Of a stretch of 51,422 nucleotides of DNA, positions 9,729 to 20,722 are shown piece by piece. Every line of letters starts with the position of its first letter. Position 1 is the stretch's first letter. A model generated the notes under the pieces. That model had not been told where the DNA came from and ran no database searches. It saw nothing but the letters and a program-made list of their open reading frames with translations. The stretch spans positions 1 to 51,422 of the forward strand of contig JAULZW010000004.1 in the NCBI GenBank assembly GCA_032117235.1, read 5' to 3'. Origin of the DNA: Minisyncoccota bacterium. Lineage in GTDB: Bacteria > Patescibacteriota > Minisyncoccia > SW-4-49-11. The position numbers were made by a program, and so were the translations under genes.

Positions 9729-10532
9729 ATGCTCAACTTACAATCTTTGGAGTTTTTGAGTGAATACAATCTTAATTTACCCATCTGGGGAACATCCTTT
9801 TTGTGGGCATATATTTTAGTTTTAATTTTCTCTTTAGAAAAAGCCACTAGAAAGGGGGTTTCAAAGAAAGATATATTTAATCTAGTAAGCATTGTATCTA
9901 TATGTGGAATAATTGGTGCTAGAGTAGCATATCTTCTTATTTTTCAAACAAATTTAGATTGGGTCAGTGTATTCACTTTTGGCGATATTTTTTATGATGG
10001 CAAATTAAGTGTAGTAGGAGGTTATTTGGCTGGATTCTTATCAGGCTGGTTTTATTTGCAAGGTTTTGATGTTGTTCGTAGGTCTGGTATGTCATGGTTA
10101 AGGTTTTTTGATGCTTTTTTACCTATAGCTTTAATAGGTATGATATTTGCTTATATTGGGATATTTTTTATTACTGTTAATAAAGGTGCAATCTCATCAG
10201 TAGAGTATCCGTGGTCAATTATGTTTAATGATAATTATGTACATCCATGGGCGCTATATATAGCTCTAGGATATTTGTTATTATTTAGTATTATATCTAT
10301 ATTATATGATAGATTTAATAAATTTAGAAAACCAGGTTATCTTACGTATTGCTGTTTAATAGGAATATCTTTAATTCATTTTATAACTGACTTTTGGCAA
10401 ACAACAGACTTACAATATGGATTACCACGAATTAGTGGGCTTACTATAACTCAATTAATGTCTTTAGCAACTATATTAATAATTAGTGTGGGATTAATAT
10501 TTGTAAGAACTAAAAATTCATCTAAAGAATAG
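9729..10532 (+). CDS. Lgt-like (prolipoprotein diacylglyceryl transferase family) membrane protein, divergent
   Basis: About 7 TM segments. GIIGARVAYLL and DGKLSVVGGYLAGF resemble Lgt blocks, but the central GRxGNFxNxE block is not recognisable. Confidence 0.45.
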   Translation: MLNLQSLEFLSEYNLNLPIWGTSFLWAYILVLIFSLEKATRKGVSKKDIFNLVSIVSICGIIGARVAYLLIFQTNLDWVSVFTFGDIFYDGKLSVVGGYLAGFLSGWFYLQGFDVVRRSGMSWLRFFDAFLPIALIGMIFAYIGIFFITVNKGAISSVEYPWSIMFNDNYVHPWALYIALGYLLLFSIISILYDRFNKFRKPGYLTYCCLIGISLIHFITDFWQTTDLQYGLPRISGLTITQLMSLATILIISVGLIFVRTKNSSKE

Positions 10533-10574
10533 ATATTTGTTGGATTTCTTTTATAATATATTTGCGAATTATAT

Positions 10575-12329
10575 ATGAATAATGATGCTAAGGATTTAAT
10601 TAAGCAAAAACTAGATATAGTAGATATTATAGGTGAATATATTACTTTAATTCCAGCTGGGTCTAATTATAAAGCTATATCTCCATTTCGTACTGAGCAA
10701 ACTCCATCTTTTATAGTTAGTCCGGAGTTGCAAATTTATAAAGATTTTGGAGGAGATAAAGCAGGAGATATATTTCAATTTATTATGGATATTGAAGGCG
10801 TGCCTTTCCCAGAAGCTTTGAATATACTGTCTCAAAAGGCTGGTATATCTCTTAAAACTTATTCTAAAGATGGTCAAGTTAATATAGATAATAAAAAAAC
10901 TTTATTGAATATTCTAAGTGATAGTACAAAGATTTATCACTCTATATTAAATCATATATCATATGGTCAAAAAGGATTAGAATATTTAGTCTCTAGAGGT
11001 ATTACTAATGAACTAATAGATTTATTTGAAATTGGTTTGGCTCCACAAAATTATCATACTTTGAGTAAAAAACTATCTCAAAAATACTCTAATAATGATA
11101 TTGAAGCTTCAGGTATGGCTATTAGTAGTGATAAAAATAATATTTACGATAGATTTAGAGGTAGAATTATGATCCCAATTAAAGACACTCTAGGTAGGGT
11201 AGTGGGTTTTACAGGTAGGGTTTTACCAGAATATGATGATGGTAAGATGGGTAAATATGTGAATTCTCCTCAAACTATTGTATTTGATAAAAGCAAACTA
11301 TTATTTGGGCTTTCTCAAGCTAAAATAGATATTAAAAGTAATAACAGGGTAATTATAGTAGAAGGACAGATGGATGTCATTATGTCTCATAAAGCAGGTG
11401 TTAAAGAGGTGGTGGCAGTCTCAGGAACTGCTCTTACTGAAAATCATATAACTACTTTGTTAAGATATACCAATCAATTTATATTAGCTTTTGATAATGA
11501 TAAAGCGGGCATTAACTCTTGTTTGCGCTCTGCTGCAATGATAGCTAAAAAGGGTGGTGTGGTCAAGGTTATTAATATTGATACAGGTAAAGATGCTGCC
11601 GATTTGGTAAAAGAAAACCCGTCATTATGGGTGGATAGTGTTCATAAGGCTTTAGATTTTATTGAATATTATATTAATCATATAGTTTCTAAAATTGAAG
11701 CTGAAGATACTCCAGCAAAAAATAAGGCTTTACAAAGTTTAATATCTTGGATACAAGATATATCTGACCCCATAACTAAAAATTATTATATTAAAAGATT
11801 AGCAGATTTGTTGAATATGGCAGAAAAGGACATCTATAATCAATTAAAATTAAGTAATACAATAGCAAGTTCAAACTCCAAACAATATTTACAAGATACA
11901 CCTTTAATAAAGTTACAAAAACAAATTATTGCTTATCTACTTTACAAACCTACAAATCATGATATTCTTATATTGGAACAATCTTTATTTACACAGCCTC
12001 AACTAAAAGAATTATTTATTAAATTAAGAAAATATTGCAAAAACAACTCCCCGCAAAAGTTAAATTTAGGGGATTGCAAAAAAATTCTTTTAGACGCTGA
12101 GTATTTAACACTTGAAGATCTATTGTTACCAATATTTTATAAAATTGAACAATTGGAATCTAGTGAAGATCAAATACAACAAACAATTAAAGAAAATATT
12201 ACTCTTTTAAAAAATCAATATAAAGCTCTTGTTCGTAAAACTTTATTCAAAAAACTAAAAGAGGCTAAAAAAAATGGGGATACTAACACAGTTCAAGAAA
12301 TACTAAGAAAATATAAGTTATTCACTTAA
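10575..12329 (+). CDS. dnaG: DNA primase DnaG
   Basis: TOPRIM motifs VEGQMDV and AFDNDKAG. The N-terminal block PFRTEQTPSFIV aligns with the CPFHxEKTPSF zinc-ribbon region, but the ligands are substituted. Followed by rpoD as in the classical dnaG-rpoD operon. Confidence 0.88.
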   Translation: MNNDAKDLIKQKLDIVDIIGEYITLIPAGSNYKAISPFRTEQTPSFIVSPELQIYKDFGGDKAGDIFQFIMDIEGVPFPEALNILSQKAGISLKTYSKDGQVNIDNKKTLLNILSDSTKIYHSILNHISYGQKGLEYLVSRGITNELIDLFEIGLAPQNYHTLSKKLSQKYSNNDIEASGMAISSDKNNIYDRFRGRIMIPIKDTLGRVVGFTGRVLPEYDDGKMGKYVNSPQTIVFDKSKLLFGLSQAKIDIKSNNRVIIVEGQMDVIMSHKAGVKEVVAVSGTALTENHITTLLRYTNQFILAFDNDKAGINSCLRSAAMIAKKGGVVKVINIDTGKDAADLVKENPSLWVDSVHKALDFIEYYINHIVSKIEAEDTPAKNKALQSLISWIQDISDPITKNYYIKRLADLLNMAEKDIYNQLKLSNTIASSNSKQYLQDTPLIKLQKQIIAYLLYKPTNHDILILEQSLFTQPQLKELFIKLRKYCKNNSPQKLNLGDCKKILLDAEYLTLEDLLLPIFYKIEQLESSEDQIQQTIKENITLLKNQYKALVRKTLFKKLKEAKKNGDTNTVQEILRKYKLFT

Positions 12330-12348
12330 ATATAATTAATTTAACTAT

Positions 12349-13440
12349 ATGAAAAAATCTACTAATCAATCTCTAGAAAAAATTATAAAGTCTCTTATTT
12401 CTCAAGGAAAGTCAAGGGGTTTTGTAACAGAAACAGAGATTATGTATGCTCTACCAAATATTGAAGATAACCTAGAACAGCTAGAAGAGATATACGATGT
12501 TCTAAAAGAAAAAGGTATAAAAATACAAGATGAAGTAGAGTTTTTACCATTAGTAACTGTAGATGGTATAGAAGATATAGAGTCACATACTCAACTTGAG
12601 AAATGGGAAGAAGAGTTAGCCGATCCAGTTAATATATACTTAAAAGAAATTGGGAATATTCCACTTCTTAGTAAAGAACAAGAAATTTATATATCTAAAA
12701 GAGTTTTAGAGGGTGATGAAGATGCCAAAAGAGAATTAGCCGAAGCTAACTTGAGATTAGTTGTTTCTATTGCTAAAAAATATGTTGGACGTAGTCCAAA
12801 CCTAACCTTATTAGATTTAATACAGGAAGGTAATCTAGGTCTCTTTAAAGCAATAGAAAAATTTGATTATTCTAAGGGTTTTAAATTTTCAACCTATGCA
12901 ACGTGGTGGATCCGTCAAGCTATTACCAGAGCTTTAGCTGATCAATCAAGAACTATCCGTATCCCAGTACATATGGTTGAGACAATAAATAAATATTCTC
13001 AAGTTGTCCGTAATCTAGTCCAAGAGCTAGGACGGGAACCGTTGCCAGAGGAAATTGCTGCAGAGATGGATTTAGATGTAGAGAAAGTACATCAGATTAT
13101 TAAAATTAACCAAGATACAATTTCTCTACAAGCTCCAGTTGGTGATGAGGATGGTAGTTCCTTAGGAGACTTTATAGAAGATACAGACTCTTTAAGTCCC
13201 ACTCAGACAGCTAGTAGAAATCTTTTAAGGTCACATTTACAAGAGATATTAGATGATTTAAACGATAGAGAACAAAAAATTCTACAAATGCGTTTTGGAC
13301 TTGAAGATGGGATTACTCATACTTTAGAAGAAGTAGGTGCAGAGTTTAATGTCACTAGAGAGCGTATTAGGCAAATTGAGGTGAAAGCCTTAGAGAAAAT
13401 AAGGGAACATATTAATATTAGAAAATTAAGAGACTACTAA
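12349..13440 (+). CDS. rpoD: primary RNA polymerase sigma factor (sigma-70 family)
   Basis: Region 2 ([16 protein letters not shown]), region 3, and region 4.2 HTH ([20 protein letters not shown]). Confidence 0.92.
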   Translation: MKKSTNQSLEKIIKSLISQGKSRGFVTETEIMYALPNIEDNLEQLEEIYDVLKEKGIKIQDEVEFLPLVTVDGIEDIESHTQLEKWEEELADPVNIYLKEIGNIPLLSKEQEIYISKRVLEGDEDAKRELAEANLRLVVSIAKKYVGRSPNLTLLDLIQEGNLGLFKAIEKFDYSKGFKFSTYATWWIRQAITRALADQSRTIRIPVHMVETINKYSQVVRNLVQELGREPLPEEIAAEMDLDVEKVHQIIKINQDTISLQAPVGDEDGSSLGDFIEDTDSLSPTQTASRNLLRSHLQEILDDLNDREQKILQMRFGLEDGITHTLEEVGAEFNVTRERIRQIEVKALEKIREHINIRKLRDY

Positions 13441-13465
13441 GCTATTTCCCAAAATTTATGATATT

Positions 13466-13494
13466 TTGACAAGATTCAAAATATAAGGTAATAT
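13466..13494 (+). promoter_or_regulatory. sigma-70-type promoter upstream of secE
   Basis: TTGACA (13466-13471), 17-nt spacer, TAATAT (13489-13494). Confidence 0.45.
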
Positions 13495-13514
13495 TACTTA
13501 TACTATTAAAGAAT

Positions 13515-13703
13515 ATGATGATCATTAAGCCTATACAATATATCAAGGAAGCTCAAGTAGAAATTAAGAAAGTCACTTGGCCTAGTAAACAGCAATCATT
13601 ACAGCACACTTCTATTGTTGTTGTTATATCTGTAGCTTCTACGATAATATTAGGAGGCTTAGATGTATTATTAAATTATATTCTAACTCAATTTATTTTA
13701 TAA
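13515..13703 (+). CDS. secE: preprotein translocase subunit SecE
   Basis: 62 aa. EIKKVTWPSKQQ followed by a single TM helix; directly precedes nusG. Confidence 0.8.
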   Translation: MMIIKPIQYIKEAQVEIKKVTWPSKQQSLQHTSIVVVISVASTIILGGLDVLLNYILTQFIL

Positions 13704-13719
13704 CTAATCTTTTCTCTAT

Positions 13720-14268
13720 ATGGCAAAACAACATCCTATTAGTACAGCAAAAAACTGGTACGTTATTCACAGTGTCTCTGGTTTGGAAGACAATGTTGCC
13801 CAAAATCTAAAAAAGCGTATAGATTCTTTATCTATGGAAGATTATATTTTTGATGTAATCGTTCCTAAAGAGAAAAAAATTAAAGTAAAAAATGGTAAAA
13901 GAGTAACAGTAGAGGAGCGTATTTATCCTGGCTATGTCTTTGTAGAAATGATCGTTACAGATAATTCTTGGTATGTAGTGAGAAATACTCCAAATGTAAC
14001 TGGGTTTATAGGAGCTGGCACAACCCCTATTCCAGTTTCTCCAGATGAAATGAGTTTTATTACTAAAAATAATGCTAAAGATGAGCCTAAATACACTCTT
14101 AATATAGATGTAGATGATCTAGTAAAAATTATTGATGGACCATTTAAAGATTTTGAAGGCAAGGTGTCTGAAGTTGATGAGTCAAAAGGTAAATTAAAAG
14201 TACTAGTTAATATGTTTGGTAGAAATACCCCCGTTGAACTAGACTCCCTTCAGATTAAAAAAGTTTAG
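13720..14268 (+). CDS. nusG: transcription antitermination factor NusG
   Basis: NGN domain (WYVIHSVSGLEDNV) and C-terminal KOW (VKIIDGPFKDFEGKVSEVD). Confidence 0.92.
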   Translation: MAKQHPISTAKNWYVIHSVSGLEDNVAQNLKKRIDSLSMEDYIFDVIVPKEKKIKVKNGKRVTVEERIYPGYVFVEMIVTDNSWYVVRNTPNVTGFIGAGTTPIPVSPDEMSFITKNNAKDEPKYTLNIDVDDLVKIIDGPFKDFEGKVSEVDESKGKLKVLVNMFGRNTPVELDSLQIKKV

Positions 14269-14284
14269 TATATAATCTCATTCA

Positions 14285-14605
14285 ATGAGAAAGTTTGTTC
14301 GTAATAAAGAAAACTTTATTTGTAAAAACTGTGGAAAATTTGTGGAAGGAAATGGTTATACTAATCATTGCCCAGACTGTTTGACTTCTTTACATATAGA
14401 TAAAAATCCAGGAGATAGACAAGAACAGTGTCATGGATTAATGAAACCTATAGAAATATTAACTAAAGGAGGGGACCCTAAATATGTAGTGCATCAGTGT
14501 AATACTTGTAAAATATTGAAGCAGAATATCTTAAGTTCATTAGATTCAAGTCAGGCTATAATTAATGTGATGAGAGATAAAGTAAAAAGAGAAATGATGA
14601 GATAG
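14285..14605 (+). CDS. RNHCP-domain zinc-ribbon protein
   Basis: FICKNCGKFV...YTNHCPDCLTSLHID..PGDR..QCHGLMKP matches the RNHCP-domain pattern (TNHCP variant). Confidence 0.65.
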   Translation: MRKFVRNKENFICKNCGKFVEGNGYTNHCPDCLTSLHIDKNPGDRQEQCHGLMKPIEILTKGGDPKYVVHQCNTCKILKQNILSSLDSSQAIINVMRDKVKREMMR

Positions 14606-14660
14606 TTTATGACTATAACTTTATTTATGGTATAATTAAAATAATTAATATAAAAATAAT

Positions 14661-16307
14661 ATGGAGTATATAAATCCAATTATACCAATAGAAGTTATAA
14701 TATTTAATGGAGTGTCTACTCTAGTATTAGGCATATATATTTATATATTTGCGTATAAACTATCTAATAATCATTATATTTCAGCTAAATACATATCTTA
14801 TGTTTGCTTTGCGATATTTAATTGGATATTTTGGATTATTATACAAAATAAATATATATTCCCTTTAGAGAATATATGGTTAATATATATTGCAAATGTT
14901 ATAATTTATTTTTCTTTTATAAGCATTATTCAATCATTGATATTTTTTGCGATATCTTTTAACGATACAAGGCTTTCGAAAAAATATAATTTTTTAATTT
15001 ATCCATATATATTAACTGTATTTCTAATTTTGATACCAAAAATTGGAATTTTACAGTTAAACATGGAAAACCCTATTGCTTATCAGTCAATAGCTTATTA
15101 TATTCTATTATTATATTCTATTTCATATTTAATCTTATATATTAAGATATTAACTAATAAATATAATAGTACACATAATCAAAAAATCAAAAAAAGTATA
15201 AAATTCTTTCTAACTTTAACCTCTATAAGTATATTTATGGTACTGATAACTAATATTATCATCCCATCAATTTTATCTAATACAGCCTCAATTTATTATG
15301 GCCCTGTATTTATGTTGATATTTGTGCTTACAGTTTTGGTGTCAATATTTAAATATAAACTAATTTATATAAGCACTCCAGTAGATAAGCTTGTGATTAC
15401 TTTAATGATAACATTAATTTTATTTTTAATGAGATTTTCTATTATAGATAATAATATTTTACATCAATTGCAAGCTAATATAGTATTTACCTTTATTTTT
15501 AGTTGGATTTATATATTTTTGACTAGAGAAGTTTATATTGGTTTTAAAAATCAAATTTTATTAAATAATAAAAAAAGAGAATTAGAAGTTGTATTAGCTT
15601 CTAAAAACAGTTTTCTACAGAACTCATCTCACCAATTTAGAACTCCACTTACAGTTATACTGGGATATCTAGGTATGATTGTTAATAAAGAGAATCCCAA
15701 ATATGAATTAAATAATACTACCAAAGATGATTTAAATAAAGCGTATATTAGTGCAAAAAATTTAAATGACATTATAAATGATGTATTAACTGTAAATGAT
15801 GTAAATGCAGGAAAATTTGGTGTTGATATTAAAGATAACATTGACTTAAAACAACTTATTAATTCTATAATTTATGAAAAAAAAGAGTTATTATCTGATA
15901 AAAATACAAATGTAAATTTAATAGTAAAAGGTAATCAATCTACTGTAAAGATAGATTCAAATAAAGTTAAAGAAGCTATTAATAATATATTTGATAATGC
16001 AATATTCTATGGTAAAGGTCAGATAGATATACTGATAAATTATGAAATTAATGATTTTTTTGAAATATCCATTAAAGATAATGGAGTTGGTATTACAGCA
16101 TCTGATGCCAAAAAGATATGGAAAAAATTTGAAAGAGGTAAAAAATCTCCGCAAATTAATCCAAACGGTTCTGGATTAGGTTTATATCTGGCTAAGCAAA
16201 TTATAGTTCAACATGGCGGTGAAATAAATGTCGAGTCTGAGGGACTGAATAAGGGTAGTGCTTTTATAATAAGAATTCCTAAAACACAATCTTATAACAA
16301 TAAATAG
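14661..16307 (+). CDS. membrane sensor histidine kinase (no response regulator nearby)
   Basis: About 9 N-terminal TM helices, H-box SSHQFRTPLTVILGY, and an ATPase G-box GSGLGLYLAKQIIVQHGG. Confidence 0.85.
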   Translation: MEYINPIIPIEVIIFNGVSTLVLGIYIYIFAYKLSNNHYISAKYISYVCFAIFNWIFWIIIQNKYIFPLENIWLIYIANVIIYFSFISIIQSLIFFAISFNDTRLSKKYNFLIYPYILTVFLILIPKIGILQLNMENPIAYQSIAYYILLLYSISYLILYIKILTNKYNSTHNQKIKKSIKFFLTLTSISIFMVLITNIIIPSILSNTASIYYGPVFMLIFVLTVLVSIFKYKLIYISTPVDKLVITLMITLILFLMRFSIIDNNILHQLQANIVFTFIFSWIYIFLTREVYIGFKNQILLNNKKRELEVVLASKNSFLQNSSHQFRTPLTVILGYLGMIVNKENPKYELNNTTKDDLNKAYISAKNLNDIINDVLTVNDVNAGKFGVDIKDNIDLKQLINSIIYEKKELLSDKNTNVNLIVKGNQSTVKIDSNKVKEAINNIFDNAIFYGKGQIDILINYEINDFFEISIKDNGVGITASDAKKIWKKFERGKKSPQINPNGSGLGLYLAKQIIVQHGGEINVESEGLNKGSAFIIRIPKTQSYNNK

Positions 16308-16324
16308 CTTTTTTAAATATTATG

Positions 16325-16333
16325 TGCTATAAT
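16325..16333 (+). promoter_or_regulatory. extended -10 element (TGCTATAAT) upstream of the ABC-F gene
   Basis: tgtgctataat lies 22 nt before the ATG. The same TGCTATAAT element recurs before hsdM and the Bro-N gene. Confidence 0.4.
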
Positions 16334-16354
16334 CAGCCAGAAATAACATAACTT

Positions 16355-17962
16355 ATGTCTAGAAAACTATATATAGCTACTAATTCAATTGGGTTTAGAA
16401 GTGGTCTAAAGCATATACTAAAGGATATCTCAGTCACAATACATAAAGGAGACAAGATTGCTTTAGTTGGTGATAATGGTTCTGGTAAAACTACTTTGCT
16501 TAAAATAATATCTAATTTAATTAAACCAACCCGTGGTAAAATTGAGGAATTAGGTACGGTATGGTATTTTCCTCAATTACATCTAGATATGCTTCATTCA
16601 AATTTAAGTGTATCCGAATATCTCTCTAATTTAGTTGAGGAGTGGTGGGATGTGCTTGTAAAAGTAGAAAACGAATTTAGCTTGCCAATTGAACCTATAA
16701 GAACAATATCTAGTTTAAGTGGTGGTGAATTAGTGAAATTGCATTTAGGTTTGATATTTTATATTAAGCCACAGGTTTTATTATTAGACGAGCCTACTAA
16801 CCATCTTGATATAGAAGCTAAAGAATGGTTAATTCAAGGAATAATAAATTACCCAGACAGTGTAGTTATTGCTTCACATGATACTTCATTTGCAGATAGA
16901 GTCGTCAATAGAGTTTGGGAATTAGATGATGGTTATATTCGAGAGTTTGGAGGAAATGTGTCTTTTTATAGAGATCAAAAAAGATTAGAAAATGAGGCTA
17001 GACTTAGACGATATGAAGTAGCTCTCAAAGATAAAAAACGATTAGATCAATCATTAAAAGTAGAGTCTAAAAGACAAGATAAAAATATTCAAACAGGTAT
17101 AAAAGCAAGACAAGATAGGAGTATGTCTCGAATGGACCGAGGTTACTTAAAAAGTAAGGCGGAATTAAGAGCGGGGCAGAAGAAAATAATGTATGACTCC
17201 AGACTACAAGATAATAAAGATCTACTAAATGAATTAGAGCCAGAGATTAGAAAAACAGTTCAATATATAGTCCATCATACTCCAAGACCAAATACAGATA
17301 TAATATTAGACATTAGAGATGGAGTTTTACAGGTGAATAACAATGAATTAATAACTAATTTCAGACTAAGTTTAAATGAAGGAGAAAGAATTGCTATCTT
17401 AGGAGCTAACGGCACCGGTAAAAGTCAATTATTAAGAATGCTTGCTAATAAACAATTATCAGCGGGCAATATTGATATTCATAAAAAAACCAACATAGTC
17501 TATATGGATCAAAACTATAGCATAGTTATACCAAATTTAACTATCTTAGAAAATATGAGAACTTATAACCCCAAAGTATCCTTGATGATTATAAGACAAA
17601 AGTTAAGAGAATTTTTATTCTGGGATGATTATCAAGTGAATCAACTAGCTTCAGATTTATCTGGAGGACAAGTAGCTAGGCTAGCTTTTGCTATGATAAG
17701 CTTAAGTCAAGTAGATATGTTGCTATTAGATGAACCAACTAATAATTTAGATATTTCAACTCAAGATGCAATTATACAAGGTCTATTAAATTACAATGGA
17801 GCATTGGTTGTAGTGTCGCATTCTTTAGACTTTTTAGAAAGAATTAAAATAGATGAAGTTTATTGTATCTCTCAATACCAACTTATGCGACATCCATATA
17901 AAATACAGGATTCTAGATTTAATAGTAAATTATTACAAATTCTAGGAAAAGGAATTATTTAG
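16355..17962 (+). CDS. ABC-F family ATPase (two NBDs, no TM domain)
   Basis: Two Walker A motifs (GDNGSGKTT, GANGTGKSQ) and two signatures (LSGGELVKL, LSGGQVARL), with a charged linker between the NBDs. Confidence 0.85.
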   Translation: MSRKLYIATNSIGFRSGLKHILKDISVTIHKGDKIALVGDNGSGKTTLLKIISNLIKPTRGKIEELGTVWYFPQLHLDMLHSNLSVSEYLSNLVEEWWDVLVKVENEFSLPIEPIRTISSLSGGELVKLHLGLIFYIKPQVLLLDEPTNHLDIEAKEWLIQGIINYPDSVVIASHDTSFADRVVNRVWELDDGYIREFGGNVSFYRDQKRLENEARLRRYEVALKDKKRLDQSLKVESKRQDKNIQTGIKARQDRSMSRMDRGYLKSKAELRAGQKKIMYDSRLQDNKDLLNELEPEIRKTVQYIVHHTPRPNTDIILDIRDGVLQVNNNELITNFRLSLNEGERIAILGANGTGKSQLLRMLANKQLSAGNIDIHKKTNIVYMDQNYSIVIPNLTILENMRTYNPKVSLMIIRQKLREFLFWDDYQVNQLASDLSGGQVARLAFAMISLSQVDMLLLDEPTNNLDISTQDAIIQGLLNYNGALVVVSHSLDFLERIKIDEVYCISQYQLMRHPYKIQDSRFNSKLLQILGKGII

Positions 17963-18311
17963 TAAAACAATAAGTTAGATGAGGTTTTCTTAACAGAGGT
18001 TGTATACTGACATCTTGTATTTTAATTCTATGTCATCAAATATTGTTATATAGAAAACAATATTTTGACAAAACTAGTGGAAATTATGATTAATAAGATG
18101 AGAAAAATAGTAGAGAAAGTAATACAACAGGGATTAATAGATACAGATAAATCCTTAAAAGAAATATATGGAGTACAAAAGATAATATGTAAAAGTAGTA
18201 CCAAGTAAGACTAAATATACAGTAGACACAGAAAATAATACCAAATTCTAAAAATTAGACTAGAATCAATATATTTGATATTATAAAATCAACTTTAATT
18301 AAATATTTATT

Positions 18312-20660
18312 ATGGCAATTGATATTAAAAATACAAATTATATTAAACCAACCGACTCTAAAGTTAATTGGATATTGATTTTTTATAGCATAATATTTTT
18401 ATCTACCATAACTCTTTTAGTTGTACCGGATTGGAACTCCATTTGGTATTTACCAAAGTCAATATCATTTATATATGGTGTTTTAGCATTATTATTTTTA
18501 AGTAGTATCCTTTGGATATTTGGAATAATTAAAAACACAGTTAATATTACTATAGGTGATGTTTTGTTTGTAACCTTAGAGTTTTCTATAGTTACTATAT
18601 CTTTATTAAACCCTAATCAAATTGCTTTTTGGGGAAGTACTGTTAGATTGTTTGATTCGGGTGTATTTATATGGTTTTTAGTTTTATTTTATATAATAAA
18701 TAAATTCTTTTTAGACCAAAAATCACTGACAATTATAATGTTATTTTTAGCTAATTTAATTTTAATAAGTGGATTATTTTCTGCAATTGCAATATATATA
18801 CCAGATTTACTAAAGCAAATTTCAATTTTAACTAAATTACAACCCACCAATAGTTTGATTGTAGAATCTCCTCAAGAATTAGTGTTTCTGACATTATTAT
18901 CAATAAATATTATATATATCTATATATACAAATTATATAAAAATAATATTATCAATTGGATTGTAAAAATTTTATTTTATATAGGCATTTTCACTCATAT
19001 AGTTCTGCTTATTAGATTGCCAGGATATATTATGTATATTCTAACTATATTGACTTTGATTATTCATAGTTTACATTATATTATTAAATTAAATAAAACT
19101 AATAATCGAGATAAAGTCAATATTAAATTAATTTCTAACAGAATATCTTTTGTATATGGTAGTATAATTATATTTTTATTATCATTAATGATAATAAAAC
19201 CTTTTCATAATAATAGTAAATTTCCAGAGTACACAACTTTAAGTGTACCAAATGTCACCTCATCTATAGCAGTTACTAGGCAGTCATTACAATCATATAC
19301 TTGGTTGGGTAGTGGAAATATAATGTATGCTTGGAACAAATTTAATCCTGTGTCAAATGAAAGTAAAATATCTGACTTTAGCTTTGAAACATTGTATAAT
19401 GAAATTTTTAACTTAACAACAAAAAATGGTATCTTAGGTTTTATATTATTAATACTTTTAGGGATATGGATTATAGGTTCATTTTTAAGAATGTTTTTTA
19501 TACAAAAAAATATTCCTGTGGAAGCCTATTCTTTAATTATAGGTATTATCGGTTTGTTTATTATACCTTTTACAGTTGTTTCTAAGGTCTTATTTATTTT
19601 GATTTTAATACTGTGGAGTAATATATTCACTAAATATTTTAGACCTTTGATTAGATTTGAGCTTGATGTAAATAAAGTACCGGCATCTGTATCTTCTTTA
19701 TTCACTTTCTTAATTCTGTTTATTATTGCTATTTCTGTCTTTGCTACAACTAAAGTATTTAACTTAACTCAATCACAAGCCAAGATTTTAAAAGCAAGTA
19801 AGGTTACAGATAATCAAGTACAAAAACAAGATCTTTTGAATCAAGCTACAAAACTATCTCCAAGTTATATTGAATATGCTGATTTTTATATTTTTAATCT
19901 AATTCAAGAAATTAGACAACAGATAGTCGAATTATATTTTGTATCACAGAAAGCTGACTCTAAAGATATTATTGCTGAGAAACAAACCAATATACAAAAT
20001 AATACAACTCAAGCTCAAGAATTAATAGATGAGTATAAAAAGAAATTTCCATCAGACACTAGAGTTATATATTGGCAATTAGAATTATATTATACAGCAG
20101 ATCAATATGTAGCAGTAAAAGAAAGTGATTATTTGTATAATATATCTCGGGGTAAGGAATTGTACCCAAGCTCATTATATTGGGATTTATATGAGTCTCA
20201 GTATTATATTAAACAGGCACAAAAAGACAAAGAATTAAATATTGACAATATCAACAAGGCTAAGTCTATTCTAAATTCTATTTTAGAAAAAAATATTTAT
20301 TTTATAGATGCTTACAAAAATTACTATGATTTATTATCTTTGACCAAAGATTATAATGAACAAATTAATATTTTGAATAAATATGTGAATGAAACTATAG
20401 ATAAAAAGTTAGTAACTGACCAGAATTTAGTATATAATTTGGCTTTAGCTTATCAGAATAATAAGCAATATAATGAAGCCATTTCTTATTACAGTAAATT
20501 ATTAGAAAGCTTCCCTAACTATACTAATGTATACTTTCAATTGGGTGAAATATATGAAACTCAGAAAAATATCGATTTAGCAATACAAAATTATCAAAAA
20601 GTGTTGGAGTTAGATTCTACAGCTGAAATTGCTCGTACAAAAATAGATCAATTAAAATAA
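18312..20660 (+). CDS. large polytopic membrane protein (O-antigen-ligase/polymerase-like) with C-terminal TPR repeats
   Basis: More than 10 TM segments over ~480 aa, followed by TPR-like repeats (AYQNNKQYNEAISYYSKLLESFPNYTNVYFQLGEIYE). Family assignment is by architecture only. Confidence 0.45.
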   Translation: MAIDIKNTNYIKPTDSKVNWILIFYSIIFLSTITLLVVPDWNSIWYLPKSISFIYGVLALLFLSSILWIFGIIKNTVNITIGDVLFVTLEFSIVTISLLNPNQIAFWGSTVRLFDSGVFIWFLVLFYIINKFFLDQKSLTIIMLFLANLILISGLFSAIAIYIPDLLKQISILTKLQPTNSLIVESPQELVFLTLLSINIIYIYIYKLYKNNIINWIVKILFYIGIFTHIVLLIRLPGYIMYILTILTLIIHSLHYIIKLNKTNNRDKVNIKLISNRISFVYGSIIIFLLSLMIIKPFHNNSKFPEYTTLSVPNVTSSIAVTRQSLQSYTWLGSGNIMYAWNKFNPVSNESKISDFSFETLYNEIFNLTTKNGILGFILLILLGIWIIGSFLRMFFIQKNIPVEAYSLIIGIIGLFIIPFTVVSKVLFILILILWSNIFTKYFRPLIRFELDVNKVPASVSSLFTFLILFIIAISVFATTKVFNLTQSQAKILKASKVTDNQVQKQDLLNQATKLSPSYIEYADFYIFNLIQEIRQQIVELYFVSQKADSKDIIAEKQTNIQNNTTQAQELIDEYKKKFPSDTRVIYWQLELYYTADQYVAVKESDYLYNISRGKELYPSSLYWDLYESQYYIKQAQKDKELNIDNINKAKSILNSILEKNIYFIDAYKNYYDLLSLTKDYNEQINILNKYVNETIDKKLVTDQNLVYNLALAYQNNKQYNEAISYYSKLLESFPNYTNVYFQLGEIYETQKNIDLAIQNYQKVLELDSTAEIARTKIDQLK

Positions 20661-20722
20661 TAAAATCTTGTTTTTTTAGTATATATTTGATACAATATAA
20701 TTAATACTTAATATAAATAGAT

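Noticed and set aside
18086-18208. 40-aa ORF (MINKMRKIVEKVIQQGLIDTDKSLKEIYGVQKIICKSSTK) in the 350-nt spacer before the large membrane-protein gene
   Set aside because: No convincing promoter spacing (the TTGACA at 18065 lacks a -10 at 16-18 nt), no SD, no terminator. It is kept only as a note.
17963-18311. Long AT-rich spacer checked for a tRNA or other small RNA gene
   Set aside because: No T-arm-like GGTTCRANYCC string, acceptor-stem pairing or terminator was found on either strand. I also saw no tRNA-like string elsewhere in the window.
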